Positions 12,095-25,517 of a DNA stretch of 64,000 nucleotides are shown piece after piece. The stretch spans positions 15,688,001 through 15,752,000 of the forward strand of contig CM075990.1 of the NCBI GenBank assembly GCA_038087875.1, given 5' to 3'. Within the stretch, counting starts at the first letter, position 1. Every line of letters starts with the position of its first letter. Below the pieces are notes generated by a model. It was given only the letters and a program-made list of their open reading frames with translations. It was not told the DNA's origin and searched no databases. Source of the stretch: Malacoraja senta (Eukaryota). A program made the translations under genes and the position numbers.

Positions 12095-12962
12095 AGCCTC
12101 TTATCTAACTGCACATAATCCATATCCCACTATTCCATGCCCACCCATGTGTCTATCCAAATGTCTCTTAAATACCATGGCCATATCTGCCTCCAGCACC
12201 CTCAGTAGTGCGTTCCAGGCACTCACCATCATCTTTGTAAAACAACTTGTCCAGCACATCTCCTTTAAACTTCGTCCCTCGTACCCTAAAGCCATGCCCC
12301 CTGGAATTTGATAGTCACAACCTGGGAAAAGGTTCTGACTTTCATTACCTTTCTTTATTTTAATATCATAGAGTTTCTCAGCAGAGAAATAGACCCTTCA
12401 GACTAACTTACCCATGCCGGCCAAGTTTCATGACTGAACTAATCTTATTTTCCTGCTTTTGCCATTTGGTATTTTGACATTTACCATATCACTCGAAATC
12501 TTTGGTATCCGTGTACCTGGCCAACTGCCTTTGAAATGTCGTACTTAATTGACCAGAAGGGTTAAAAAGGTGATGCTCCATCACTTTGCCCATTTCACTG
12601 CCACACCAGCAATCTTTATCATCTATTAATAACACACAGTGTTCAAAATAGAAGCAAGTTGTGAGCTATTTCTTATACCCTTGTTGATGGCCTGTTAACA
12701 TTCTATTTTGAATGCAACATCATTGCTTCTTCTGTGGAAACCAGCCCTGGCATTGTCATAGAATCATACAGTGCGGAAACAGCCCCTTCAGCCCACCTTC
12801 CCCACACCAACCAACATGCCCCATCTACATTAGTCCCACCTGCCTGCGTTTAGCCCATATCCCTCCAAACCTGTCCTCTCCATGTACCTATCCAAATGTT
12901 TCTTAAACGTTGTGATAGTCCCTGCCTCAACTACCTCCTCCTTAATGGGACCCGCTCTGAGA

Positions 12963-13145
12963 TGTCTCTTTATTTTCTTTTTGTGCTTTTGTAATTGAAT
13001 TCTGTCCTTGATTTGTGTATTGTGGTGTTTTTACATTTAATTTACTCCGATTATGTGTTTTGTATTTTTGTGGTTTTATGCCTTGTAAGGTGTCCTTGGG
13101 AGTTAGAAAGGCGCCAGCAAATAAAATGAATTATTATTATTATTA
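12963..13145 (+). mobile_element. L2-tail-type SINE/LINE 3' fragment
   Basis: tgtaaggtgtccttggg...aaaggcgc...aataaa(tta)n tail, same as 26543-26606. Flanked by 21-bp direct repeat ttaatgggacccgct(c/t)tgaga (12942-12962, 13146-13166). Confidence 0.7.
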
Positions 13146-13233
13146 TTAATGGGACCCGCTTTGAGACATTTCTTTGTTACTGTTGGAAGTCATGTGTCTC
13201 ACTATTGAGTGTAAGCATGAGGACCTTGACCTG

Positions 13234-13452
13234 AAGGTGGACACCCAATGCCGCAGTAACTCAGCGGGTGAGGCAGCATCTTTGAATGAGAAGGAATGGG
13301 CGACGTTTCGGATCGAGACCGAAAGAAGTCTGAAGAAGGGTCTTGACCCGAAAAGGGTCTCTCCAGAGATGCTGCCTCACCCGCTGAGTTACTCCGGCAT
13401 TTTGCGTCTACCTTTGATTTAAACCAGCATCTGCAGTTCTTTGTTACACATT
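13234..13452. mobile_element. Inverted PLE pLTR pair inserted as one unit
   Basis: 14-bp TSD aggaccttgacctg (13220-13233, 13453-13466). Confidence 0.82.
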
Positions 13453-15249
13453 AGGACCTTGACCTGGTTCTTTGTAGGAACCTTCTCAAATGAAGAAGTG
13501 GCCAAAGATAGACAGCACAGAGAAGACTGGCTCATCTCAATGAAATGTTGCCTGCCACTGTCATTTTTTTAATCATCAATTAATCAAAGGGACAGCAGGT
13601 GGAGTACAATGAGCATCGGAGGTGTATACATGCACCGTATCATTTAAACATTTAACAGCACCACCGATGTTGTATTGAAGAAATGTGATACAATTTGTCA
13701 AGCTGGTTCCACTGCATGCACAATACAATGATTCACCTGTTGCCCTGATGTGATGCAGTTAAGAAGTGTCATCCAGTAATAAATTGGACATTTCTTTACA
13801 TTTCCTTGCTGTCTTTTCAAGAAAGAGTTGTATTTATAGGCCAGTTTCTCAAAAATATCTCATGCAATAACTGCATCAAAGTCATTTGCCGAGACATAAT
13901 TTGCCAAGGCATGGCCTACACCACATAGATAAACCATCTGTTCCTTTGGATGTGACTGTTGTGCGAGGGGGGGATGTTGGCAGGGGGAGAGGGAGAATCT
14001 GCTGCTGGGTCAGTGGGCTCATGGATTCCGAGCATCATCTCGGGCAGTGAGAAACGTTCGTTCCATGTCAAGGCTGACACCTTCACGAGTACAGATGTTG
14101 GCCCCAAAACTGCTGCAGCTTCACATTTTGCAACAAAGCTCACGAGGGATTGTGCTTTGATATCTGCACCTCCAGGTCAAGTTTAACGTGGAAACCAGTT
14201 CGCTGGAGTGCAAAGTCAGCAGGACATTTCAGTGATTGATGGAATTGACAACCTCTCTCCTCAATCAATGTAATGTAAGCATAAGAAGAGTGAGGGAACA
14301 GGATGCAGGCTAAAATTAGGCACAGAGCGAGAGCTAAAGAACTGTTGGACTATGTGGAAAATGGGAAATTCCGGAAGGAAAATAAACTGTTTTACCCGCA
14401 ATAATGGGACAGTTTCAATGATTCCTTTGGCAGCGCAATGTACATAATTAGGTCCTAGTACAAGATTTGGTGGTGATTGTAGCAGAATGAATGCAGTTAC
14501 TTGAAACATACAAGGAGGCCAATTGTGATCCTCTGGTTTGATGGCATTAGTAACAAGCAGGACAGAAACTCTTCATGACTTGTGGCGATTCACACCTCCT
14601 GGTGAGTATGTTCTTCACCACCATGGCCGGAAGGTTTACGCAGAGATAACAGCAGGACGCCATGAATTTGCCAACATTTCTGACCATTTTGTCTATAGAG
14701 TACTGGCCTGTTTGCTCAGAATCTTGTGCGCCGATGCTTAATGCTTTTAGCTTAATGCTTAATGCTTTTAGGGTGAGTGTTCCCTGCACTTTGCCCAAGC
14801 CAAAATTATTAGTCCTGCTTCAAAAAACGCTGCAAAGCTACGTATGTGTTATTAAACATACTGGTAAATATTCCCAAGCGTTTAACATCGGCATAAAATT
14901 CTGGTCGCCCTATAACCGGAAGAATGTGGGAGCTTTGGAAAAGGGTGCAGAAGAGATTGACCAGAATGATGCCTGGATCAGGGGGTATTAGGTTGAACAA
15001 ATTTGGATTGTTTTTTATGGAACGCCAAAGATTGAGGGAAGAATTGATAGAAGTACATAAAGTCATGAGAGGCATAAGTAGGATAGTGTTGGAACTTTTT
15101 TGCAAGATGCAACAAAATAACAATCCTATTCTGATGCCTCAGTCTGTTATGGTAACCACTCTTCCCAAAACTGCATGTAATTGCAAAGTGTTGCGAATGC
15201 AATGCCCTTCATTATGCAAACCAGCCTCCCCCCCCCCCCCCCCCCCCCC

Positions 15250-15665
15250 AATCACCTCCCTCCACCCATTGACTCCATCTATACTTCACGCTGCATTGGG
15301 AAAGCAGCCAACATAATCAAAGAGCATGTATACTTCGATCTCCCCTCTCCCGTCAATCAGAGGGTACAAGACCTGGAAAGCACATACCGTCAGATTCAAG
15401 AATAGCTGCTTCCCCTCTGTATTCAGATACTTCAACAAACCTTTCATATGCCAAGGATGAATTCTCAATATTCCAGTCTACCTCGTTGTGGCCCTTGCAC
15501 TTTTTTTTTCACCTGCACTTTCTCTACCACTGTAATACTGTATTCTGCACTTTATTTTCTCTTTTGCATGATCTGATGTACTCATCTATGGTATAACTTG
15601 CCTGGCAAGCACACAAAACTATATGTTGGTACACCTGACAGTAATAAACCATACCAATACCAATA
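15250..15665 (+). mobile_element. Old Rex1/Babar-like LINE 3' fragment
   Basis: LPPIDSIYTSRCIGKAANIIK matches the C-terminal motif of the RT ORF at 29764-31038; typical 3' UTR follows. Confidence 0.7.
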
Positions 15666-16504
15666 AATAACTCTGCCAATAATTGAGTGGGGTTGAGAAT
15701 GAAAAATCTTAGTTACAGATGGAAAATTCAGAGAACTGAATACCAATAGCTTGGAGAGCGATTTGCCTTGGACGCGCATCAATGAATATTAATGCTCCCA
15801 CACTTAAAGAATTTGCATTTACATGATATCCCACATTCTGCAAATGTGCCAAATTGCTTTAAAAGCAGTAAGCTCCAAAGTGCGGCAGAACATGTTAAGT
15901 GGACATGACTATTAGTCAAATTGCAAAGAACAATGATTGAGATGAATGGCCAATTGGGGGAGCAATGTTTTCCAATGCACTGCAAAAGTTTCTATCTCTT
16001 TGTTTAAGGATTTCCAGGGACCACTGCTCCTACATTCACTTCCTCCGACACTAAGAACCACAAGTTCCTGCTTAATTTTGCTTTGGAGATGACAGCTACA
16101 GCTAATGCCAGAACTGTACAGAATGAATGTTAAACGTTTAAAAATGCTTTCCAAACTTGAAGATATTGAATGTGCATATTGTATAAAATATTATCCCTCC
16201 AAAAAGCTGCCTGGCTTGTTGGAGTAACTCAGCGGAAGAGGCAGCCCCCAGTCCTTCTATCCAGAGATGCTGCCTGTACTACTGAGTTACTCCAGCATTT
16301 TGTGTTTATCTGCCTTGCTGAAGAGTTGCTGCTGGTTTTATTTCAGACTTCTAGCATCTACAGTATTTTGCTTTCACTGTATCCGAGCGCTGATCTTCCT
16401 TAAGCATTGTCAAGTTTCATCATCACTTCCTCCAACTTTTATTTGACTGCTGGGACACTTTGGTACAACAGGCAGACTGCTACTTTTGATGTGCTGCACA
16501 GTTA

Positions 16505-16733
16505 AGGGCCTGTCCCACGAGCATGCGGCTGCATGCGGCAAGCGCGACCAAACCGCGCGGAATTTTTGAAGTGTCAGTTTTTCGGAGCCCCGCGCGATGT
16601 CGGGACCAGCTCCGCACAACTCCATACGGCTCCGGCGATCGAAGTGGGACCGGCCCCGCGAGGCCGTACGGCTCAAGCGACCACGTTAGGTGGCGCTTGC
16701 CGCATGCAGTCGCATGCTCGTTGTACAGGCCCT
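16505..16733. mobile_element. PIF/Harbinger-type MITE, internal type 3
   Basis: ~45-bp TIR starting agggcctgtcccacgagcatgc (right end mutated), TSD tta/tta. Confidence 0.88.
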
Positions 16734-16914
16734 TTACTAACATCAAGTATGCAGTGACTCATGGGGCTGACTAACGTCACCGATCAACACCATTCACAGA
16801 AAATGTTCACTTGAAGCATACAGTTAGATCATGAAGGCTGAAAACAAACAGCTTTATGAACAGCACAAAGAGTTTCAACAAATGAATGCTCATCAGACAG
16901 TAAAACCACCTGGA

Positions 16915-17270
16915 GGCCTGGATAGAGTGAATGTGGAGAAGATGTCTCCACAAGTGGGGGAATCCAGGACCAAAGGGAACAGCCTCAGAATAAAAGAATG
17001 CACCTTTAGAGAGGAGGAGGAGGAGAATTTCTTTAGTCAGAGGGTGGTGAATCTGTGGTATTCACTGCCGCAGATGGCCGAGGAGGTCGAGTCAATGAAT
17101 ATTTCTAAAGCGGAGATTGACAGATTTTTGATCAGTAAGGGTGCCAGTGGTTATGGGGACAAGAGAATGAGGTTGAGAGGGAATGATAGATCAGCCATGA
17201 TTGAATGACAGCATCGACTTGATTGGTCAAATGACCTTATTCTGCTCCTAGAACCTACGAACCTATGAAC
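16915..17270 (+). mobile_element. CR1 LINE 3' fragment
   Basis: GLDRVNVEKM...FFSQRVVNLWYSLP and CR1 3' UTR. Confidence 0.85.
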
Positions 17271-17625
17271 CACAGGCTATTACTTCACCAGATCACTGCC
17301 ACTTCTAATGGACTGGCCAACTGCTCCAAGCCCAGAGGATGGCTAAGGGCTGAAGATGGTGGAATTCCAGAGTCACTGGGTCATCCAGGCGATGCTCAGC
17401 CTTACCTGTCCGGCCTTTGCCCGAGGTTCTCAAACTGATCAGCCAAAATCTGGGGAAGACTCTCCTTACCTTGGCACTGGAGATCTACAAGCAACCAGAA
17501 GACCAAGATGAGTTGCCATCTCCAGGAAAGGTGAGGAGCTAAGTGAGGAACAACGTGTGTTGCCAAAGTCAATTGAACGCTGCAAAATACATGAGTAAAT
17601 TATCTACCAAACACCTGGCCTACTC

Positions 17626-17843
17626 TGTAGGAAGGTACTGCAGATGCTGGTTTACACTGAAGATAGATACAAAATGCTGTAGTAACTTAGCGGGACAGGC
17701 AGCATCTCTGGAAAGAAGGATATATATGATACTTCAGGTCAAGACCCTTCTTCCTAGGGTCGAGACCCAAAACATCACCCATTCCTTCTCTCCAAAGATG
17801 CTGCTTGTCCCGCTGAGTTATTCCAGAATTGTGTGTCAATCTG
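17626..17843. mobile_element. Inverted PLE pLTR pair
   Basis: 10-bp TSD tggcctactc (17616-17625, 17844-17853). Confidence 0.78.
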
Positions 17844-20115
17844 TGGCCTACTCAGTACACAAGCCAGAGTCCTCTAGATACACAATGAAGATACACAATG
17901 CCCCCCATCCGTCACCACTCCAATGATGTTCTGGCAGGAAGCTGCTTCCATTCTTTTCAAATTTTCATTATCTTCATATTTAATAATGTGTGCAATGACA
18001 ATTGGCGCATCTCCACAGACCCAAACATAAGTCTGAAGAAGGATCTCGACCCAAAATGTCACCCATTCCTTCTCTCCTCAGATGCTGCCTGTCCCGCTGA
18101 GTTACTTCAGCATTTTTTGTCTACCTTCGGTGTAAACCAACATCTGCAGTTCCTTCCTCCCCAGACTTTTTGTGGAGCAGGTAACAGATGCAGGATTTAT
18201 TTAACCCAGCTCCATCTGAGACACGTTCTATTAAAAGTAAATTTGCCTTCTGACCAGACCCATCATTCAGCATAAGACTTGCTGGCCCCCATCATGATGT
18301 TCATTATCTATTTAATGGGTGCTGAGAATGAATGAGGAACCTAATCAGGGAGGCAGCTTTATCTCATTCGGTTGCAACAATGAATGATGATTCTGGATCT
18401 TTACTGTTGTTACAGGGCTGAGGTGCAGACACAGCAATCCAGTGTTTCCATCCATCAAAACTGCTTCCACAGTCAGTCATTCATCATCAGGACAAATGGC
18501 AACAATGTGACCTAAAGAATAATTGTATCTCTCTCGGATCACGATCCTCTGCATACTTAAGGATCAGCAAGACCTTCCTTAATCATTTACCTTTACAGGA
18601 GACATCTTCAAAGGATATTGCCCCTGTCTCTGCACAGAGAAGAGCAATGATTTAACAGGTAGCCCGAGAAGAAAGATGTGCATTTCTTTAGCTTTCTCCA
18701 CAATTTCCAACTGACTCCAAGTGGTTTAAACTAAATTTGGAACATAGCTGCTACATCTACCCAAGAAGGAACTGCAGATGCTGGAAAATCGAAGGTAGAC
18801 AAAAATGCTTCAGAAACTCAGCGGGTTTCGGCCCGATACATTGCCTATTTCCTTCGCTCCATAGATGCTGCCTCACCCACAGAGTTTCTCCAGCATTTTT
18901 GTCTACCACATCTGCCTCCCTTTAAGGGCCACGTGATAACACCCAGAGAGATGGAGACACAAGGACCTGCAGATGCTGGTTTACCAAAAATGACACAAAG
19001 TGGTGGAGTAACTCAGCAGGTAAGGTAACATCTCAGGAGAACATGGATAGGTAACATTTTGGATGGGGATTCTTCTTCAGTGACTGTGATTGACCAGGGC
19101 ACCAGCATCACATGCATCCACTTCGGGTCTGGCTTCACAGAAACCCTGGAACTTATTGGTTGCAATGATGTCTGGTGGGCAAGGAAAGCTCTTAATACTC
19201 AACATACTCTCCCAACACTGCCACCTGTGTGGGATCACACGCTCTCATTAAATTCTTAACAAGCTTACGTTAGATATCACATTGTAAACATGAAATTGAA
19301 ATTTGGTACTTATTCATTAAGTTGTACAAACAAGAAACTCTGTGACAAGTACTAAGATTGATTATGAATGTTTCCTAGTCTTCACTGTAAAGCAATTGCA
19401 ATGGTCTGTACCTTATTTCAGAAATATAATTGGATCTGAAGGTGTATTGCCGTCCAGTTGCGATCTGATCAGTGGTCATGGAATTGTGGTCATTCAACAT
19501 GGAAACAACTTCATCAGACCAATAGGTCCACAATGACGGCAAACACCCATTTCCACTGATTCCATTTTATTCTTCCCACATTCCCATTAACTACCTCCAG
19601 ATTCAACCACTCACTCACACCTGGGAAAGGGAATGTAGGCAATTCACCGAAAGCAGTTAACCAACAAACTCTCACTTCTGTGGGATGTGGGATGAAACTA
19701 GATCACACCGTCACGGGAGAGAAAGTGAAAACTCCACACGGGCAGCACGGGAAGTTAAGATTGGACCCAGACGACTGGAGCTGTGAGATAGAAATGCCAC
19801 TGTGCCACATAGTGCTGCCTCTGCCTGCTCCTTCTGAGTTCTACCACTGATGGATAGAAATGGTAGGACAGTTTAGCACTCTGTGAGTTTTGCAGTGAAT
19901 GCAGTGCACTCCAAATCATTTCCTTGCTCTCTGACAATCCAAAGCGGAATAACCTTTGCTTTAGGTTGAGATTTATTACTGCCTTGTGCACCGAGGTACA
20001 GTGAAAAGCTTTGCTATCCAAGCAGATCAGATAATACTATAACTTAAATACAATCAAGTCAAACTCAAGTACAACAGGTAGAACAAGGGGGAATACACTG
20101 GTGCAGAATATAGTT

Positions 20116-20300
20116 AGACAAAATTGCTGGAGAAACTCAGCGGGTGCGGCAGCATCTATGGAGCGAAGGAAATAGGCAACGTTTCGGCCCGAAACGTTGC
20201 CTATTTCCTTCGCTCCATAGATGCTGCTGCACCCGCTGAGTTTCTCCAGCAATTTTGTCTACCTTCGATTTTCCGGCATCTGCAGTTCCTTCTTGAACAA
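20116..20300. mobile_element. Near-perfect palindromic PLE pLTR pair (subfamily B)
   Basis: 72-bp arms 20116-20187 and 20189-20260 with one mismatch; 14-bp TSD tgcagaatatagtt (20102-20115, 20301-20314). Confidence 0.88.
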
Positions 20301-20419
20301 TGCAGAATATAGTTCTCAGCATTGTAGAACATCACCTTGGGAGGACTTTCCCCGAATCTGAACCATTGCAAATCTTCAATAATAATTAGCACTGAGGCTT
20401 GAGGAGCCAAATGGTTTGG

Positions 20420-20915
20420 TTTAATTTAGCTTTGCTTTGCTTAGTTTAGTTTAGAGATACAGTATGGACGCAGGCCCTTTGGCCCACCGAGTCCACGCCG
20501 GCCAGCTATCACCCATACACTTCTTCTACCTTAAGGACCTGTCCCACTTGGGCATCATTTACGCGACATCATTTACGCGTCACGACGCACGACGCGCGCA
20601 TGGCGTTCACTACGCGCGCATGGTGCGTGGTGTTAGTAGGCAGACGCACGGTCGTGCGAGGCGCCCCAGGATTTTGGGATGTACAAAATCTTTGCGTGCC
20701 ATCTGCGTGATGCGCAAATGACGCCCAAGTGGGACAGGCCCTTTACAAAAGCCAATTACCCTACAAACCTGCATGTCCTTGGAATGTGCGACGAAACCGA
20801 AGCACCTGGAGAAATCCCATGTGGTCACAGCGAGAACGTGCAAACGCCATTCAGACACCATCTCTAGTCAGGATGGAACCCAGGTATCAGGCACTGTAAG
20901 GCAGCAACTGTACCG
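20420..20915 (-). mobile_element. HE1-like V-SINE hosting a Harbinger MITE
   Basis: (tttag)n tail at left, ctgtaaggcagcaact head at right. Confidence 0.75.
20534..20742. mobile_element. PIF/Harbinger-type MITE, internal type 4
   Basis: TIR agg(a/g)cctgtcccacttgggc.tcattt, TSD tta/tta; reverse-orientation relative of 47448-47675. Confidence 0.88.
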
Positions 20916-21903
20916 AGCGCGCGAGAGGGTGCGTGAAAGAGTGTGTATGAAAGAGTGTATAAATGTGTGAATGTGTGTGAGAGCGAGTCTGTATCTCTGC
21001 ATATTAGAGAGAGAGAGAGACGGCCGACCTGCCTCATACATTCATGCCACTGACATTATTCATGTTGCCAGTTATGTCAAATATATTAGATAAAGGTACA
21101 TTAAAATCATTATCATTAAAACATTATTTTAGTGCTAATATACCAGTACATTGCTCCTTAAAATCCACCATCGTTCTCATTAAGAATCCTTTTGAACACA
21201 CATTCACCGCCTCCATCCACCCCGTCACAATCTCTGCACAGCTCTGCTCTGTCCTTGGCAGTTCGTGCACGTATAAAATGCCTTGGTACAATTACAAAGT
21301 CCTCTCTGAATACACGCCTCTGCAAAAACGTCCACGCTTGCAACACGTTTCCTTTGCCAAAAGCTGTGCTCTGAAGAAAATGATACTTTTTGCTCTTCAT
21401 TAAATATTTACCACGCTCATCTTCAATGCAATTGCGGCCTTACATCATTCCGCATAGCCATAAATGGGATCGTTTTCAGGATTGTTTGAGTATCTTTAAT
21501 TAAGTGTTTAATCGACTGACGGCCTCAATTATCCCTCAAAAATCCTACTTCCAATCTTGGAATGAGCATGTTTAAAATTAACCTCTCCATTGTTTCAAAA
21601 CAATTTTGGACGTTAAGGATGGAACTTTTGACATCACGTTATAAGTGTCACAATAACAAAGCATTTTCATTGATTGCCACTCTAGGGACTGAAGCAAGAC
21701 AAACTATGAACAGGTAAGGTAAGCCAAACTCAACAGAACCCACTTTGGCTTCCAATATTTATTACTAATCTATTGCACCAGAAGCACCACAGATGCCTTA
21801 CAAGCCTAGTTTTACTCTACCTGAAGAAACAAGGAAGTGCTGATGCTGGTTTACTCGGTGGGACGGAGGGCCTGTTTCCGCTCTGTGTCCCTAAACTCAA
21901 CCC

Positions 21904-22556
21904 GAAACGTCACCTATCCATGTTCTCCAGATATGCTGCCTGACCCGCTGAGTTACTCCAGCACTCTGTGAAACGTCACCTATCCATGTTCTCCACAGAT
22001 GCTGCCTGACCCGCTGAGTTACTCCAGCACTCTGTGAAACATCACCTATCCATGTTCCGGCAGCATCTATGGAGCGAAGGAAATAGGCAACGTTCGGCCC
22101 GAAACCCTTCCGGGTTTTGGCCCGAAACGTTGCCTATTTCCTTCAGGGTTTCGGCCCGAAAGGTTGCCCATTTCCTTCGCTCCACAGATGCTGCCTGACC
22201 CGCTGAGTTACTCCAGCACTCTGTGAAACGTCACCTATCCATGTTCTCCAAAGATGCTGCCTGACCCGCTGAGTTACTCCAGCCCTCTGTGAAACGTCAC
22301 CTATCCATGTTCTCTAGATGCTGCCTGACCCGCTGAGTTACTCCAGCACTCTGTGAAACGTCACCTATCCATGTTCTCCAGAGATGCTGCCTGACCCGCT
22401 GAGTTACTCCAGCACTCTGTGAAACGTCACCTATCCATGTTCTCCACAGATGCTGCCAGACCCGCTGAGTTAGTCCAGCACTCTGTGAAACGTCACCTAT
22501 CCATGTTCTCCAAAGATGCTGCCTGACCCACTGAGTTACTCCAGCACTTTGTGTCT
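21904..22556 (+). repeat. 66-bp minisatellite (8 units) derived from a PLE pLTR, unit 3 interrupted by subfamily-B pieces
   Basis: Unit gaaacgtcacctatccatgttctccacagatgctgcctgacccgctgagttactccagcactctgt starts at 21904, 21970, 22036, 22225, 22291, 22355, 22421, 22487. Confidence 0.92.
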
Positions 22557-25517
22557 TTACTCTACCGGAACTGACTTTGGTGTTCGTCAGATGCTCTATG
22601 TTTCCTGTTGGACAATATTCCCCTCCCCCCCGTGCTGATGTGGCACAGTTTAGTTGTTCTCGGTTTAGATTTACATTGCAACACAAAATGAAATTTCTTC
22701 CCAAATATCGAACACTCTGTCTAGCTTGAAGAACAGAATTGAAGAGTGAGTGACGAGCAATGAATCCTTCAGCAGGAGTTCACGCCCCGTGCATCCATGG
22801 GGAAACCACTGCATTTTAGGATTGCAGCTTCTAACTGTGGGCTGCTGAGATGTTTGTGTCTTATAGTGATTAGAACTTCTTGACGATTTTTGTCGTGAGA
22901 ACTGTTGAGATTGGAATTTTGCAAAGCAGGTCAGGCACCTGCTTAAAAGTTGCACAGTGACACTGCCTCACAGCATCAGAGACCCTGGGTTCGATCCTGA
23001 CTCTCCCTGTGACCGCATGGGTTTTCTATCGAAAGACATGGTTAATTGGTATCTGTAGAATTGTCCCCAGTGCGTCGGATGCAAAAGTGGGATAACATAG
23101 AACTAGCCGAGCCAATTGATATTTTTAAGGCTGAGATAGATAGATTCTTGATTATTACCGGTGTCAGGGGTTATGAGAAGGAAGGAGAATGGGGTTGAGA
23201 GGGAGAGATGGATCAGCCATGATGGGTCGAATGGCATAACTCTGCTCCTATCACTTTTAAACTTAGTGTATGGACGATCGATGGTCAGCGTAGACTCAGT
23301 GGGTCGAAGAGCCTGTTTCTGCACTGTATTATTAAAAATAAGAATAAATACAAGGCTACCGTATGTGAGCTTAATAATTTGTTTTACGCCACACAAACAT
23401 CGATTCCATTCGACATGTTTAAAGAAGTTATCAAAGCTGCAACATTGGATTAATCCTTTACTATAAAAGGGTTAACATTGGCTGTTTCTCCTCCTCTTTG
23501 TGTCCTTGAGCCAAACTTGAAACTTTCTGCTATTTCAAATAGCTGCGGCTTGAAATATTACTCCAGTATCTGCACTAATTCAATGAATTAGTCTTCCTGT
23601 CACCTTTCTGCTTGACTCCAGACTGATACATCTGCAATAGGTCTCAGAGTCGATCTCCAGTAAATATAATAGCCGCAAGAAGATTATTCTGTGCCTGGTA
23701 CATTTTCAATATGATCTTCTAATTATTTTTGGTAAGGAACATTTCCATTATGTCCATATGTCCTGTGAAGGTCAGAAACAGCATTGATTGCATGTATCAT
23801 CCATCGACTGTGTATACATGTTTATTGTCCATGTTTGTGTTTCTATTTTGTCCCATTTCCAAACTGTGCAAGAACACTGCCAGACTCAAGACTTCTGTAC
23901 ACCAAGCTCATTTCTCCCGTACATCTATAGTTATCAGTGTACCTCTATCCGTCCTTGTACGACTGACAACTGCTGCCTGAGCTGAAGGCAGGTTCACCGA
24001 CTCAATGCGTACTGTGCAAAACCAATGAATTTCCCTTCCATGACCAGGGGGTTTGAAGGTCCAACGTTCAATGTCATTAATCATCAATTCTCAGATGATT
24101 TGTCAAAGAATGTCTCTAAAGTGCTTCGTTTTTATAGTCACTGGGACTCAACCAGTGGCTCTGGTAATGCTCGTCGCCAATTAAATAAGGCTTGCGAGGC
24201 AAAGCTTGTGGGGCTGGTGAGCGTTGTGCTTAATAATGGACACAGGTGCTGCAGATGTTGGAATCATTTTTTTGTCTGCCTCCCACTACTACCCACCGGC
24301 CTCACCCTCCCAACTCCCCCCCCCCCCCAACCTCCCCTACCTAACTCCTTCTGTCTATAATCCTTCACCTTCTTTGATCCACCAATCACCTCTGACTCCC
24401 AGTTTCACCACTCCCCTCTCCTTCTTCATCTAGAATGTGGTCCTGACCTCCCATCTACCTCAGGAGACCTGTGACCTATCTTAATTGGATTAGGACTTTA
24501 ATGTTATAACTTGTCTACATGACATCTATGCTTGATCACTTCGGACGCTTGTGTATCATATATGTCTTTCTATGATAGCATGACGCAAAAGTTCTCCACT
24601 CTGTCTCAGCACAGGTGACAATAATAAACTAAACCTCTTTATATTGGCTCTCATCCATCTCCATTCTCAGTCCTATGAAAGGTTTTGACCTGAAACATCA
24701 ACAGTTCCTTTCTCGCCACATCCACTGAGTTCCTCCAGCAGAATCATATGTTGCATTATCTCCATGGTGCAACAGGAGTTGTAGAACGTGTGCCAGCTCT
24801 TCGCTGAACACTAACATCAACTACCATGGCACATATATCATTACGTCATAGGCGAGTCAATCTTCTCATTCATTCGCAAGAATGTGGAAGTCAGTGGCAA
24901 CAATACTGTCATTTATTGTCCCAGAACAGTGGAAAGTGCACTAAAAATACCACTATTTTCATGCTTACAGTTATTGAGACTTCTTTTCTCTGTCCAAATT
25001 TTACGTAATTGCATTAATTTAGAGCCTTGCATATTTATATCAGATTACCAACATTTGCATATTTTGTTTTAAAGTTCTGTCACATCGCCTGCTCACCATC
25101 CACAAATAAAATAATCCTGAGTTACAAAATGAATTGAAAAAAAGCCTATCCACAAAGCATGAGAGGTTCAGACACAAACAACTGAAGCAGACCATGGCGG
25201 AATTATTTTTTTGATTCCAGTAGAAACGTGGAATATTTTCTCTGGAGCAAGTGGAAATAAACCCAAAACTATGGACAAGATTTATGACAAGGTTTAATGG
25301 CCAGGTTTAATCTTTTCACAAGTTCTAACTATTCTAATAGATAGCAAGTTACAAGCAACCTTTGAAATGTTTCTTGTACCTTCAGAAAAGGAGAGAAGAC
25401 TTCTCCCATGCATGAAAACATTGACCTATTTCTAACTCATTGAGCACTTTGAAACTTTTGAGAGTGAGTTGTAGGAAAATACAGCTACAACTTTTCTATT
25501 GTAACTATTTCTGTCTG

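Noticed and set aside
14547..14798. Cys-rich minus-strand ORF and neighbouring ORFs at 13916-14186
   Set aside because: No recognisable homology or consistent splice sites; length is compatible with chance.
17400..17490. Two consensus minus-strand donors (ag/gtaagg) suggesting micro-exons
   Set aside because: Unsupported without transcript data; such motifs are expected by chance in 64 kb.
21940..21980. Alternative hammerhead formed across minisatellite unit junctions
   Set aside because: The only candidate core is CTGAGTT, which does not fit CUGANGA.
21904..22556. CRISPR-like regular array
   Set aside because: Units are contiguous with no unique spacers, derive from a Penelope pLTR, and the context is eukaryotic with no cas genes.
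22297..22704. 135-aa repetitive ORF and many similar VTQRVRQHLW / RDAACPAELLQHF ORFs
   Set aside because: Incidental translations of the non-coding PLE pLTR repeat.
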